Shown here in pieces: positions 47,401 to 57,324 of a stretch of 64,000 nucleotides of DNA. A program made the position numbers and the translations under genes. The notes below the pieces were generated by a model. That model had not been told where the DNA came from. It did no database searches and saw only the letters and a program-made list of their open reading frames with translations. This DNA comes from Eukaryota sp. TZLM1-RC (Eukaryota > Protista > Metamonada: BaSk clade). Position 1 is the first letter of the stretch; every line of letters starts with the position of its first letter. The stretch is from positions 2,150,550-2,214,549 of the forward strand of contig JAUPSS010000004.1 in the NCBI GenBank assembly GCA_040285825.1, in the 5' to 3' direction.

Positions 47401-48684
47401 GACTTTGAGGAAAAGCTAGGGCTGCTAGATGAAGGTTATGAGTTGGCACAGGTGGGAGAGGAGGGAGAAGAAAATGAAGTAGATGATGCCGCAAAAAATC
47501 AAGTTGTCATATCACTAAAAGAGTTGGTGCCTGAAATGGGTCAAAAGGAAGCTCAAAAAAGGTCAAGAAAATCTTTGAAAGTCAGACCAAATCTGACCCA
47601 ATCACCAACTGTTAGAAAGACAAGGAAAGTCAAGAGTCTTTCCTCACCAACAAGAAAAAATATTTCTGGATTGCGTCATTTGAATTCTATTTATGGTAAA
47701 AGTAGAAGGAAACCTGGAAGTACACGTGATGATTTCAATCAATCAAATATGGAGGTTATCAGTCAAAATGATAGTCGAAATGATGGGAAGCAGGTTGCCA
47801 CCATTGATCAACTTTCGTTAATCATTCAGGGGTCAGAGTTTCTTATACCAAAATCATTGTTAACTGAGTGTCTGGCAATCAATCAGTATGATCAAAAGAT
47901 CGAAATTGATGATGTATCTCCAGAGGCATTTGAACTTGTCCTCAAATTTTTAGAAAATCCGGCCCTTGCTCGTCATGATCCTATGTCTGACAACAAAAGA
48001 GCTCATTTAGATCTCAGTCGTCACTGTATTGAAATTTTGATGATTTCTGAATTGTTAAAAATTCCTTTCCTTTTTATCTTTACTCTTGATTTTTTCATCA
48101 ACTCCATTGGAGATACAAGAGAAACATTTCTTATTTTAAAAGATTCATTTTTTGTGAAGACTTTGTCACTCAATCAATGGTTCTCTCTGGAACTTTCACA
48201 TGGGTTACCAGTGTTTGATTTGTTTTGGTTTGTCAATTGTTACATTCACTATCCTAGTTATCTGTCCCTTAGTTCAAAGTCTGATTTAAGCGAGGTTGTT
48301 GAAATTTATTACTCTGAGCAAGGCGAGTGGTGTTATTCTTTTTGTTCATTCAAACTTACCTTTGATTTACTTGAGTTGAAACAAGATGTTCTTGGTAATA
48401 GTAAAGTGACTGAGGTTTGGAACCTAATAGGAGAACGTATTTTTTCCTTGAAACTGGCTAATTTCACCTTTTTAAACGATGAATTAATTACACTGATCTC
48501 TGAATTTTGTCCGAATTTGCTCTATATAGATTTAAGTAACACTAAAATCTCTCATTTAGGTTTAGAAAACCTTGTAACAAATTGTGATTTATTAAAAGAA
48601 GTCACAATTAATAATTCAAAACTTAATGCTAATTTTGTTCTCGAGTTGCAAAAGAAATTTAACAATATAGCATTTTTGTCATAA
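44410..48684 (+). CDS. Large protein with an ANKFN1/WAKE-like duplicated domain and C-terminal BTB-like and LRR regions
   Basis: More than 1400 open codons. LGNLDLGFTY and GFYLGCVQI...EEAAWL, DDVSPEAFELVLKFL, and CPNLLYIDLSNTKI. Confidence 0.7.
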   Translation: MDESSSVFHSTLNFTLDQFSLPESPLPLAPSDLESSLEEQLFSNKGGGNISVIWAVKAHVFHHSKKKKEDKIVAIVRHYSATYATFIINPIGWRGNRYSINDVIPITDYPQVSKSTFRKPKDDDSVVVCIDFGCLKLEVDLSTPQLYTLYTAFSCLCDEMFSSSPQHSFLRRVSSVEWTSSFLSETREDTDHSVECVSKLLSPSISQSLREDLITELCRSILSKTVCVMIAKQIKTCFTDRTSVPGIMESALLVIKAMVKTPHNDLNLVKELSLIIEKAKTFFWNEGSLGNLVGGLAGDLEQLEGLLPFPDLDVLDDVVPQSKMIADVMNKDFITRKGSFFEGKRHELGNCVDRNSLTLFGLVFNEDFTSILVDSDWNPPNQSIVNPCPSNMDRDHPEFTRILSLTPSLPLYSNQVKIDPFPLRSCINNAYVTLTEELGNLDLGFTYADVINLTLIDSVAVCTVTSISTNDLPFECASGKYEWIPFREYEHDFYFKYLRNFDFKSRVSTMDNRFLSMIVEWYQSNHITRPLSPGFYLGCVQIVSDLNGLHIVPDRDNHDHVPLVLIDNQLPTAEEAAWLQTVNYKLTNGDEPLCPSFDPNSKYLNFEQKFVLAVDKLKQKLGFDDLGEFYDWEMIPINQTNQSKMMVFIKLGSEQDLLNLTPLESFEIRHFTYNFNSFVNPLYRKSDQLVSLEACQRLEAASYSQVDDFAEQTSILEKISNETILLERAFSIIRWITRLVTWVLEGSTPVYEKVDNHSSLCLSELGALCFELVQQESQRLLEQFDLLLSISYPSTFDSMVSSLQVLWSRYDREDQALLDVEDSDVMYQPKLKPIGQVAEVKVDEVVSRFSLYDLADHVDFELTGSDICLGIVEEIVESVLVEVIDVPELIEIEDIISENVELLEIMDLIVEEAALITLENHHKALLIQEQEKFRSQLVSLFSQPLPSYEACPITGRKPDAVELLKTCYTDFIKDQVAFFNSTVNHVEMFFERLNDLHDFEEKLGLLDEGYELAQVGEEGEENEVDDAAKNQVVISLKELVPEMGQKEAQKRSRKSLKVRPNLTQSPTVRKTRKVKSLSSPTRKNISGLRHLNSIYGKSRRKPGSTRDDFNQSNMEVISQNDSRNDGKQVATIDQLSLIIQGSEFLIPKSLLTECLAINQYDQKIEIDDVSPEAFELVLKFLENPALARHDPMSDNKRAHLDLSRHCIEILMISELLKIPFLFIFTLDFFINSIGDTRETFLILKDSFFVKTLSLNQWFSLELSHGLPVFDLFWFVNCYIHYPSYLSLSSKSDLSEVVEIYYSEQGEWCYSFCSFKLTFDLLELKQDVLGNSKVTEVWNLIGERIFSLKLANFTFLNDELITLISEFCPNLLYIDLSNTKISHLGLENLVTNCDLLKEVTINNSKLNANFVLELQKKFNNIAFLS

Positions 48685-48788
48685 CCTCTGTACATTATAA
48701 AGTTATTAGAAAATTATTTTAATTTATTATGTATATTATTTTAAAAAAACCTATTTACAATTATATCCCAATTCTAAACCATCTTCTA

Positions 48789-49793
48789 TCAACTCACAAT
48801 GTTCCAAATTTCTTTCAAACTCTGACCCTCTCCTATAGGTTGAATCGCCAAGCCTAGTTCATTAGAATAAACACAACCAGAAGCATTACCATCAACAACA
48901 TAAGTGTTCTTCTTTTCAAAAACAAATTCTTCATCAAAAGCTACAGACTCGCTCTTTGCATTGACTTTCAATTCTTCCAATGGCGGTGGAGCTTCTTCCA
49001 TAGAGAAAGAGACCCCGAAAAGTGGAGAATCATTTGCAATTTTACTTAAATTCTGAATCATTTGTGCAATATTACTCAATCTATCAACAGGATCGACCCT
49101 AAAACCCAAAACAAACCCACCACATGAAGCACAGGTTTGGACAACTAATGCAGGGCCAAACTTGCTTTTACGAACTTTAATTACAGAAGTTCTAGTGTAA
49201 GGAATGGAAACATTAAATGAAGCAGTACAATTGGCACGCCATACAATTCTAATATTTGTCAAGTACATTGTTCCAAGATTGCCCTGATCAGAAGCCAGAT
49301 TCCAAACAGAGTCAATCACTTCATAGAGCTGCTCATCTGGAAGGATGTTGAGTTTGCCTTCAGAAAAAAGAGAACCTCTAAGTTTCAATTCCCGGTAGAG
49401 ACGAGAGCTATCGTAGGCTCTATGGACAGCCTGAACAGTGCTAAACAACCTAGGGGTTCCAGGAACACAATGTGTGAATATGAATTGATATCGTGTACCT
49501 TTGTGGAAGGCATCCACGAATAGAGCTTGTGTTTGGCCTCTGATTTTAGAAACAGTAGACTGAATGGACAGTGTACGTGTACAATTCCAACCTACAGAAA
49601 GGTTTTGTTTAGGTTTGTTGGGATTCACCCAAACTAAACGAAGATTAGTGACAATGAGGACACCAATTGTACCATTGTTACCTTTAGTATCTTCAACATT
49701 GCTGAGATTGTCTATCATGAATTCCCCTGGTGAAAGTTCAAGCTGTGCCTTTGCAACTTCGAAGCGTATTTCCAGATCCTGCCAAAAAGTCAT
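48789..49793 (-). CDS. BBS5: BBSome subunit BBS5
   Basis: WQD.EIRF, VEDTKGNNG...VTNLR, SSRLYRELKLRG, WNLASDQGNLG and GGFVLGFRVDP. Confidence 0.97.
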   Translation of the reverse strand: MTFWQDLEIRFEVAKAQLELSPGEFMIDNLSNVEDTKGNNGTIGVLIVTNLRLVWVNPNKPKQNLSVGWNCTRTLSIQSTVSKIRGQTQALFVDAFHKGTRYQFIFTHCVPGTPRLFSTVQAVHRAYDSSRLYRELKLRGSLFSEGKLNILPDEQLYEVIDSVWNLASDQGNLGTMYLTNIRIVWRANCTASFNVSIPYTRTSVIKVRKSKFGPALVVQTCASCGGFVLGFRVDPVDRLSNIAQMIQNLSKIANDSPLFGVSFSMEEAPPPLEELKVNAKSESVAFDEEFVFEKKNTYVVDGNASGCVYSNELGLAIQPIGEGQSLKEIWNIVS

Positions 49794-50023
49794 TGTAGTG
49801 ATGGTGAATCGTGGGATTTAATTTAAAGGGATGTGAAGGTTTTGAAAAATTAGATCCATTCAGAGCACCAAGACGACCACTTCGTCGTTGTATTTTTAAC
49901 TGTCAGCAAAACTCAAATTTCAACACTCCACCTAATAGTTATAATTCCAATAGTTTATATGGTTTAGATAAAAAATTTATTAAACTACAACACTTAATAA
50001 AATTGAATCAGAACTAATGGGAC

Positions 50024-50480
50024 TAGGACTGTCCAAGTTCAGCTCAGTTCAGAAGAGTTTTTAGAAACTGAAGGGAACCAAACCTCTTTCCCTGTGAATC
50101 CCTACCGAACTGAACCTAGCATTACTGAACCTGAACTGAACTGAACTGAATCGGTTCAGGACCGGCAATTCATACAGGTGAAGTTTTCTATTTTATCTAT
50201 TTTTCAAACAATATAAACTAATATTTTAAATATCTTTTCCATTCCTTTAAAGAGACATATTGCATCAACACTTTCCTTACTCAAAGAAGCTCTGTATTCA
50301 GTACCCGTACGCCCAGCTGAGTTTAACAACTGTTCACCTGCAACAGAAGGAGCTTGGACAGAAAGAAAATCCTTTGCAAGAGATGACAAATTTGGAAATC
50401 TACCTGTATTATACTTCCACCACTGAAGATGGTCATCAAATTGACAAAGTAGCTCTTCTGCTTCATTTGATTTGATCACT
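50024..50480 (-). mobile_element. hAT transposon 3' remnant (dimerisation domain plus CTGAA subterminal repeats)
   Basis: LQWWK...FPNLSSLAKDFLSVQAPSVAGEQL.NSAG...RASL. CTGAA/CTGAAC repeats at 50105-50150. Confidence 0.8.
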
Positions 50481-50699
50481 AATTGTTAATTTAGTATCCT
50501 GTAGTTATCTGTTATTTGAAGGGTTAAATGAATATATTAAACACAAATAACTGAGAAACACATTGCAACTAAACTACAAACAACTAAACGTTACAAGGTT
50601 CTCATTTTAGTTCACTGTTGCAAGGTCTCTCCTCGGTGCCAACAACAATTCGGAATTACTCAAAAAAATAAAGAAAATTGCTTCTTCTTCTTATCATTG

Positions 50700-51060
50700 T
50701 TGTTGTTGTAAAGCAACAACATTGGAAATGAAGGAGCTTGTGCTTAGCTCATGCTGTAGAGTCTAATGCACTGCTTTCTACATTGAACCCCTTTTGGTGT
50801 GTACAGCAACATTAGTAATGAAGGTGCTTATGCACTTGCTCATGCTCGTGAATCCAATGTAACTCTTTCCGTTTTTGATCCTTTGGCTAACAGCATCGGT
50901 ATTGCAGGAGCTTGTGTGTTTGCTCTTGCTTAATCGCTTATGTTGTTGGGCTCAAGATTCAATGAGTCAGAGTGGAATTTGATTCAAGAGCACGAGCAAG
51001 TGCATAAGCACCTTCATTGCTTTTATTATTCCAACAATCAATCAATCTGGGATATGCTGT
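50700..51060. pseudogene. RNI/NLRC3-type LRR gene fragments in both orientations
   Basis: NNIGNEGACA and NISNEGAYALAHARESN on plus, NEGAYALARALESNSTLTH on minus. Confidence 0.7.
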
Positions 51061-51544
51061 ATTAGATTCAAGAGTGGAAACATCTCTATCAACATTTCCA
51101 TCACCAATGTGTTGGTTAATAAGGTCATACTGGTGAGTCAAGTTTCATAACTGTTCTTGACATTCTTCAATCCATCGTGTTATGGAGGATGTTGATCCAT
51201 TATCATTTTACCACAGTGTTATATGTGTCGGATAGTCACTTCTTTAAATTATTTAAATAAAAAACATTTTTAATTATAAACAAAATATATAAAAAATAGC
51301 ACACAACAGGCGTGACAACATTCATATGTTTTTTAAACACATGACTTTAAGTCTAAACTTTAGACAATAACTTGTTGATCTGCTTGACTATGAATCACTG
51401 TTGTTGTGATTTCGTGTTAATGTAACACCTTTAACTCCTATGACATTGGAATATTCATAGAACTATCAGTTTATTAAGTAATGATGCACATTGATCATTG
51501 CCTAATACATTGACCTCAACCTATATAAATTTGATGGGGACCAA

Positions 51545-51913
51545 AATGACAAATCCAAAAACACTTTGAAAATATCAAAGTGGGGACGAGTTTATGACAT
51601 CAGCAAAAGTGACTTTCTGTAAGGTCTTTCACGATAAAAGATATATCACGATGGCGGAAGGGTAAATTACGCTAAGTTCGATTGCCCACGATGTCAGACC
51701 AAATGTCTATGGACATCTCAGGCCCCAGCAACCAGCTGGTGATTGTAATTAGTGAATATTTCACTGGTACTAGGCCAGAACCAGTCCGAAGGCCAGGACG
51801 TGCAGGACATCTAAGGAGATAGTAGTAGCTGTTTCCATCAACATATTTTCAAAGTGTTCAGTGTATACTAACCCTTGCTGCTGAGAATGTACATCAGGAT
51901 TTTTGAATACTAT
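51545..51913 (+). mobile_element. Fanzor family B 3' remnant (its last ~25 bp resume at 54810-54834)
   Basis: Homologous to the reverse complement of about 22075-22440. The terminal ATCAATTTGATGCGAAATTCTCAG lies beyond the family-A insertion. Confidence 0.85.
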
Positions 51914-51926
51914 TATATTGTAATTG

Positions 51927-52363
51927 GGGGTAGTTGTTGCCTAATTGGTAGATTTGTTCAGACCAAATCCATAGCAATTACCACAAGCAGTGAGTGCCAA
52001 TGTATGATGAACACCTACACTACAAGAAACAATGTTAGAGAAGAAGGGTAACTGGAAATTCTTTCTACCAGTAGCATGAGGAGGAAAACATCGGGAGAGA
52101 ACACCAGGTGTTGGAGATGAGAATAAAGAAACAGAAGGTGCAACAGAGCCAATAAGGTTGATTCGTTTTGTGCGAGACCAGAGAATTGAGTTTCCTTTAG
52201 ATATGTAGCGAATTCTGTGAGATAGTACAGATAAGGCAAGAAAATCGTGAAGAGGGAGGAAGGATACACCGCCAAATCTATCCTCAAAACCAACAAAGAA
52301 ACGTTCTTTAGACAAAGAAGTATCGTGGACTAATCTGTTGATGATGCTGAGAGCGTCTTTCAT
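51927..52363 (-). pseudogene. MJ1316-like RNA-repair domain plus RCC1-repeat 5' gene fragment carried as cargo
   Basis: IINRLVHD...FFVGFEDRFGG...HRIRYI.KG..LWSR..RINL, then SVGVHHTLALTACGNCYGFGLN. A frameshift precedes YQLG, and the gene is cut off at the direct repeat. Confidence 0.72.
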
Positions 52364-52568
52364 GAGTTACATAGAGTTGAAATTCCAGAAACTTTTACAA
52401 AGGATACCTAGTTCATGAACCTAGTTTATGAAGTAAAGGGAAAGTGTGGGAATAGTGAAAACCTCCCGAAACCACGTTGAGGGTTAAACCTCCCAGAACA
52501 GGCAACCAGAAGTCAAAAATGGGGTGACAAGTGTAAAATTTGATAGATGAGCTCCTTATTCTCATTAC

Positions 52569-54515
52569 ATGTCAGACACCCCCTTTGTGTTACGTGTATT
52601 CACTCGGTCTTGTGCACTTAACTTGTTGCTGACCCCTGCAACGGTGCAACAACTTCAGACTGACCTTCCTTTGGTCACCGAGATTTGTCATGAAGCTTCT
52701 TTATTACTTCAATCTTTTCTTCTAAATTTTCCGTTGGCATCTAGAGCTTTAGTGGAACAGGATGTATGGTATCTGTTTATGACCGTCATCACCACTGGTG
52801 CCTTTCCAAACCCATCCACCTCTAAAGGTCAACGCCAATTACTTCATATCTTTTACAGTGGACTTCTTCCTGAATGTCCACAAAACAGGTTTCTTGTTTC
52901 TTCATGGGAATATTCTTTGTTGCCTTATAGAAATTCATTCAATCTTTTTCTCAATGCTTGGCTGCAGTCTCAGAATTGTAATTTTATCAATAGAAAAGGG
53001 TTTTCTCCTTACCTTGCTTGTCGGGCTCGTCAATTGGCGTCTAACGCGAAGACAAGTTTACCTAAAATTTGTCAATCCTGGACAAAAAACTTTATTCGTG
53101 CTCATTGTAGAGCTCTAGATAAAACAAATGTCTTTGCAAATAATATTCTCTCACTTTTGCCAGACGAACCATTAGCCCAACCCGAGGAAGTAGTAGTTGA
53201 TTCTGTTCTTGAATACTTCATCAATTTCAATCTGAATAATTCAAGAGAAAAATTCTTCTTATTAAATGCATGTAAGTTTATCTTGAATCTCCTTCAAAGA
53301 TTTCCTACCATTGCCTCCCTACTGTCCTCACATAATAAAATCACCTTTTCATCAAAGGAAATTGGTGAGCTTTTTCTCTTCAATCTTAAAATTTCACAAT
53401 ACTTACTCACTTTCTTTTCTCATATGCATTGCTGGAAGAAATTTAGAATAATACCTTTAGCTTCTCATAAAGGTTCTAAATTTATTGAGGTACCTTCACA
53501 AATTTTCCACTCTGTGAAAAAATTTCCAATTATTGAAGGATCATCTTCCAAAACAAAGTTTAGCAAAAATACATGTCTGAAACGAATATTCAAACAATGT
53601 CCTTACCAAAAATTCAATATCAACAGAAAAAGTTTGAAAAATAGATTTAACAAAATTTTATTGAAAACTAATGGTAATGAACTGCTTTTGACCTTTGAAG
53701 GTAAAAATAATGACTCAGAAAACACAGATGAGCTGGATGAACCACCGAAAAAGAAAAGAAGATCAAAAAATGAAATGAAAAGTGACCCTAATGCCAACAA
53801 AACCAGAGAAACACAGTTGAAGGGTACTAAAAAAATGCCCCGTCGAAGACGTAGACATCCAGTCGAAATAATGTCTGAAAGGCCCCTTATTGGTGTTGAT
53901 CTGGGCCAATCTAGATTATGTGGTTACTTCTTAGATGATTATCAATGTGGAGTTATCCCTTGTCCAACTGGCAGGAGATACATGACAAAACCTTCACCCA
54001 GTAAACACTCTCCCAACCAATATTTCCGTTCAAAATTTCAACCAATATTTGAACCATTGAAATTTGTTCAGGAGGAAGGTGTATTCGGAAAGTAATCGCC
54101 AGAAATGGAAAATAATTAACTTTGATACCCGCAGACGAAAAGAGAGACGGTTCTGAGAGAGTCTCAAAAAATTCCAAGGCTGGCTGGACATCCTGAAAAA
54201 CTCTATCTTGCTGTTAGTTCTGCTAATTTCCCTTCTCATTGCCGAAAAGTCAATCGATATTGATCAGCAAGGGCTTTCAGAAAATGGCTGTGTTATCAAA
54301 AGGACGTGAAGCACTTGTCAACCAGTGAATTCAATACAAGCAAACTGTCAAGTTGTTGCATGTCCGAGAATATTCAAACAGGCTCATGGCACATGCGTAT
54401 TTGTACTGAGTGTCAAATAGTATATGACAAAGATATTTCCGCTCCAAAAGTATTCAAATTAAGAAGAAAGCGGAATTGTGGCCGGAAAGATACATTTGCC
54501 CAGATGCTCTGTTGA
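52569..54515 (+). pseudogene. Fanzor family A ORF, copy 2 (open for about 490 codons, then frameshifted)
   Basis: LIGVDLGQSR, SEFNTSKLSSCC, CTEC and YDKDISA. Confidence 0.9.
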
Positions 54516-54553
54516 GAAGATGAATGGGGAACCTGAGCATATAGAAACATAAA

Positions 54554-54796
54554 CTTTTGAGACCGATCTACAAATGCCCTAGTAGCATTTGGTAGATCCA
54601 CTTAGATACATCAAGTCGCGAGGCTTTGTTCTGTGAAAACAGTAGGTGTATTTAAGTGAGGTAGCCCATTGATGAAGATCATGATTGTCTTTGTCAAATG
54701 ATGCTACATGTCTCTTACAGCCTGTGAGTAGACACTGAGGGAGTTGAAAACAGGAGTGAATTTCACAGGAAAATGCAAGATAAGTGAAATTCACAG
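54554..54796 (+). ncRNA. Candidate omegaRNA scaffold of Fanzor A2
   Basis: Same hairpins as A1, ending in GTGAAATTCACAG. Confidence 0.7.
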
Positions 54797-54895
54797 TATA
54801 TTGTAATTGAATCAATTTGATGCGAAATTCTCAGAAGACTCAACCTCTCTCCATCAAAGCAACTTATTCCATTGTTTTAGACACTTTCTCTAAAA

Positions 54896-55504
54896 ATGGG
54901 AAAAATACGCAAGGTCCCAGCACCCAAACTCAAGAGGATGATTAATCCCAAGGACAGTAGAATGTTTGCTCACTTTTAATCTTATCCCAGTGTCAAGAAT
55001 CAAAAGGAATCAGCAAAGAAACCTTCACAACCAAACGAAGTAGCAATACGTCATGTTCCACAGGTGTCCTCTTCTTTCTTCTTCCAACACAACTCTGCTC
55101 TTGGTCCTCCTTATCATGTCATTTGTGATACCAACTTTATCCACTTTTCCGTCAAGAACAAGCTTACCATTGATCAAGCCCTCATTGACTGCCTTCACGC
55201 AAAATGCATACCGCTTGTCACCGACTGCATTATCGCTGAACTTGAAAAACTTGGTCAAAAGTATCGTGTGGCTCTCCGTATTGCCAAGTCCTCCATGTTT
55301 CAAAGACTTCCCTGTACTCATAAAGGAACATATGCCGATGATTGTATATGTGATCGAGCGACTGCACACCCCATATACCTTGTGGGAACATGTGATCGAG
55401 ATTTGAAGAGAAGAATTCGCAAGATCCCAGGTATTCCAATATTGTGTATCAAGGCAAGAAAGTATACAGTGGAAAGGTTACCAGAAGCTTTAAATGCACC
55501 ATAG
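54896..55504 (+). CDS. FCF1: rRNA-processing PIN nuclease Fcf1/Utp24, 27-nt intron at 54964-54990
   Basis: FFQHNSALGPPYHVICDTNFI, CTHKGTYADDC and TCDRDLKRRIRKIPG. Confidence 0.96.
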
Positions 55505-55546
55505 TTTTAGTCAGCTCCATTTAATTTAGAATTTTATTCAAAAAAT

Positions 55547-56203
55547 TTACTGGAAGTTTATTGTTTCAAAAACAACACTAGATATGTCATTTAACCAGTC
55601 ATCCAGTGAATAATTCAGTTCATTAGTATTTTTAGCATTATTAAAAACCTTTTTTAATCTGTTTTCAACATTATTTACATTCACATTGTAGAAAATATCT
55701 CGAATCCAACTAACTAATTCCCGTATTACAGAGTCGTGACAGAGATCTTCAACTTCTATTAATTGATATAAAAGTTTAACATTTTCAAAAAGTCTCTTGA
55801 TACTCAAAAAAGAAGAAATTGCTGATCTGAATCTCTCATATGGAACTAGCTCAAAAGAGTCAGCTGAAAGAAGTGTTAAAGCTCTGGTAGATACAGTTGA
55901 AGGAAGAGGATCCAATAATAATGACAAAAGCGAATTGAAAGAATCACCTAGAACAAAGTCCGAAAGAGCCTGATAAGCAGCTACACAATTATCATTTAAA
56001 GAATTTTCATCTGTAGGATTGAAGATGAGGGAAATGTACCGTGCAGCTCTCTGTATCGCAGTATGCTCAGAAGTAGCAGACTTAAAGTAGTCATGTAAGA
56101 ATACTTCAGGGTCTGTTGGACGTAGTTCCAACAATAACGTTAAAACATCTTCATAATACATAGACAAATTTTCTCTCTGAAACAAATCTGATAGAGGGGA
56201 CAT
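55547..56203 (-). CDS. Tubulin polyglutamylase complex subunit (TPGS1/CSTPP1-like)
   Basis: RIIa-like LLELRPTDPEVFLHDYF, then RAARYI...DNCVAAYQAL...ELVPYERFR. Confidence 0.75.
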   Translation of the reverse strand: MSPLSDLFQRENLSMYYEDVLTLLLELRPTDPEVFLHDYFKSATSEHTAIQRAARYISLIFNPTDENSLNDNCVAAYQALSDFVLGDSFNSLLSLLLDPLPSTVSTRALTLLSADSFELVPYERFRSAISSFLSIKRLFENVKLLYQLIEVEDLCHDSVIRELVSWIRDIFYNVNVNNVENRLKKVFNNAKNTNELNYSLDDWLNDISSVVFETINFQ

Positions 56204-57198
56204 CGTCTAGCAGCACAAAAATGTCAAATAGTAGTAACCCGTTGAGATTTCTGGAATATGAAGATGAAATGAATCTTTTCAAAACTCGGGCACTTTCATT
56301 TCCTTCAGGATACTGATCAACATGAATCATATAAGAGCAGCATTGACATTACGATTCCATAGACATCCACACATCTTGCAAGTGAGTTATCCATGTCTAA
56401 GGACCGTTGGAGTCTTTGCTCTCCTGTAAGCTCTTGGGCTAGGTACTCGATGTTTCTTTACATTTTCGCCTTCTTTTTTCTCGAGTACACATGCATGACA
56501 TCAACAACTTGTTCTATATTCATCCAGCAGCACTAGACGGAAGTTACGTTTTTTGAACATCTTTCGATAACCAACATTCTTTGTAGGTGCATGATGTTTA
56601 AAATTGGTTTGCTTCCAATCACCCATCACTACAATGTTATCTTCTGGACCTCCAAACTTATTTTCAAATTCATCCATCCATTTTGCTTCAAATCTCTCTG
56701 TGGCCATGAATCTTCGCAGCTTCATGACTCTTAATTCTGTATTACAGTAAAAAGCTCCAACATGGAGCGAAGAGTTGTTTTTTGCCTAGTTTAGGAATTC
56801 TTCATGATTTAGAGTTTTTTTTGAAAATTGTTTTAATTCTTCTTTCCACTCCTTTACAGTTTTGTTTTCATAAATCCATGATTCTTTGCCATTCTTATAG
56901 TATTTTTGATGGTCTTTGTTCAGAGTTTCTCTTCTCCTTTGAGAAGCAGTGAGCCTTCTGAAAGTATATTCCTTTAGTTTTGTTTTCTTGTTTTCATTTG
57001 CAGGAGGAGGATTTTGTTTTGGCCTGAAGTCTAGAATCTACTGTTTTGTCTTTTTGTTTTTTTCCATTCTGTTAATAAAACCTCTATTTCTTCCTTTGTT
57101 TTCTTAATGACCCCATTCGTCCCATTCTTATCTTGCATCTGTTGGTGTTGAGTTTGGTTCAGTTAACTTGTTGGGATTTGGGTAATTTAATTTTCGTT
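56204..57198 (-). mobile_element. Fanzor family C, copy 2 (3' half, decayed)
   Basis: Homologous to 36303-37181. VMGDW, LDEYRTS and CKMCGCLWNRNVNAA. Confidence 0.87.
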
Positions 57199-57324
57199 TA
57201 CAGATTCAACTACAGAGAAGGTAATTATTGAGTGAAAGTGTAAAGAAATCATTTTCCAATTTCATTCAATAAAATTGTTTTTTCTTACAATAAAGGTCCT
57301 CATCTTAATGTAAACTTTGTCAGC

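Larger units (their letters stand above)
51927..54796 (+). mobile_element. Fanzor family A unit, copy 2 (host cargo, Fanzor ORF, structured tail)
   Basis: Bracketed by TATATTGTAATTG at 51914-51926 and 54797-54809. Interrupts the family-B tail. Confidence 0.88.
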
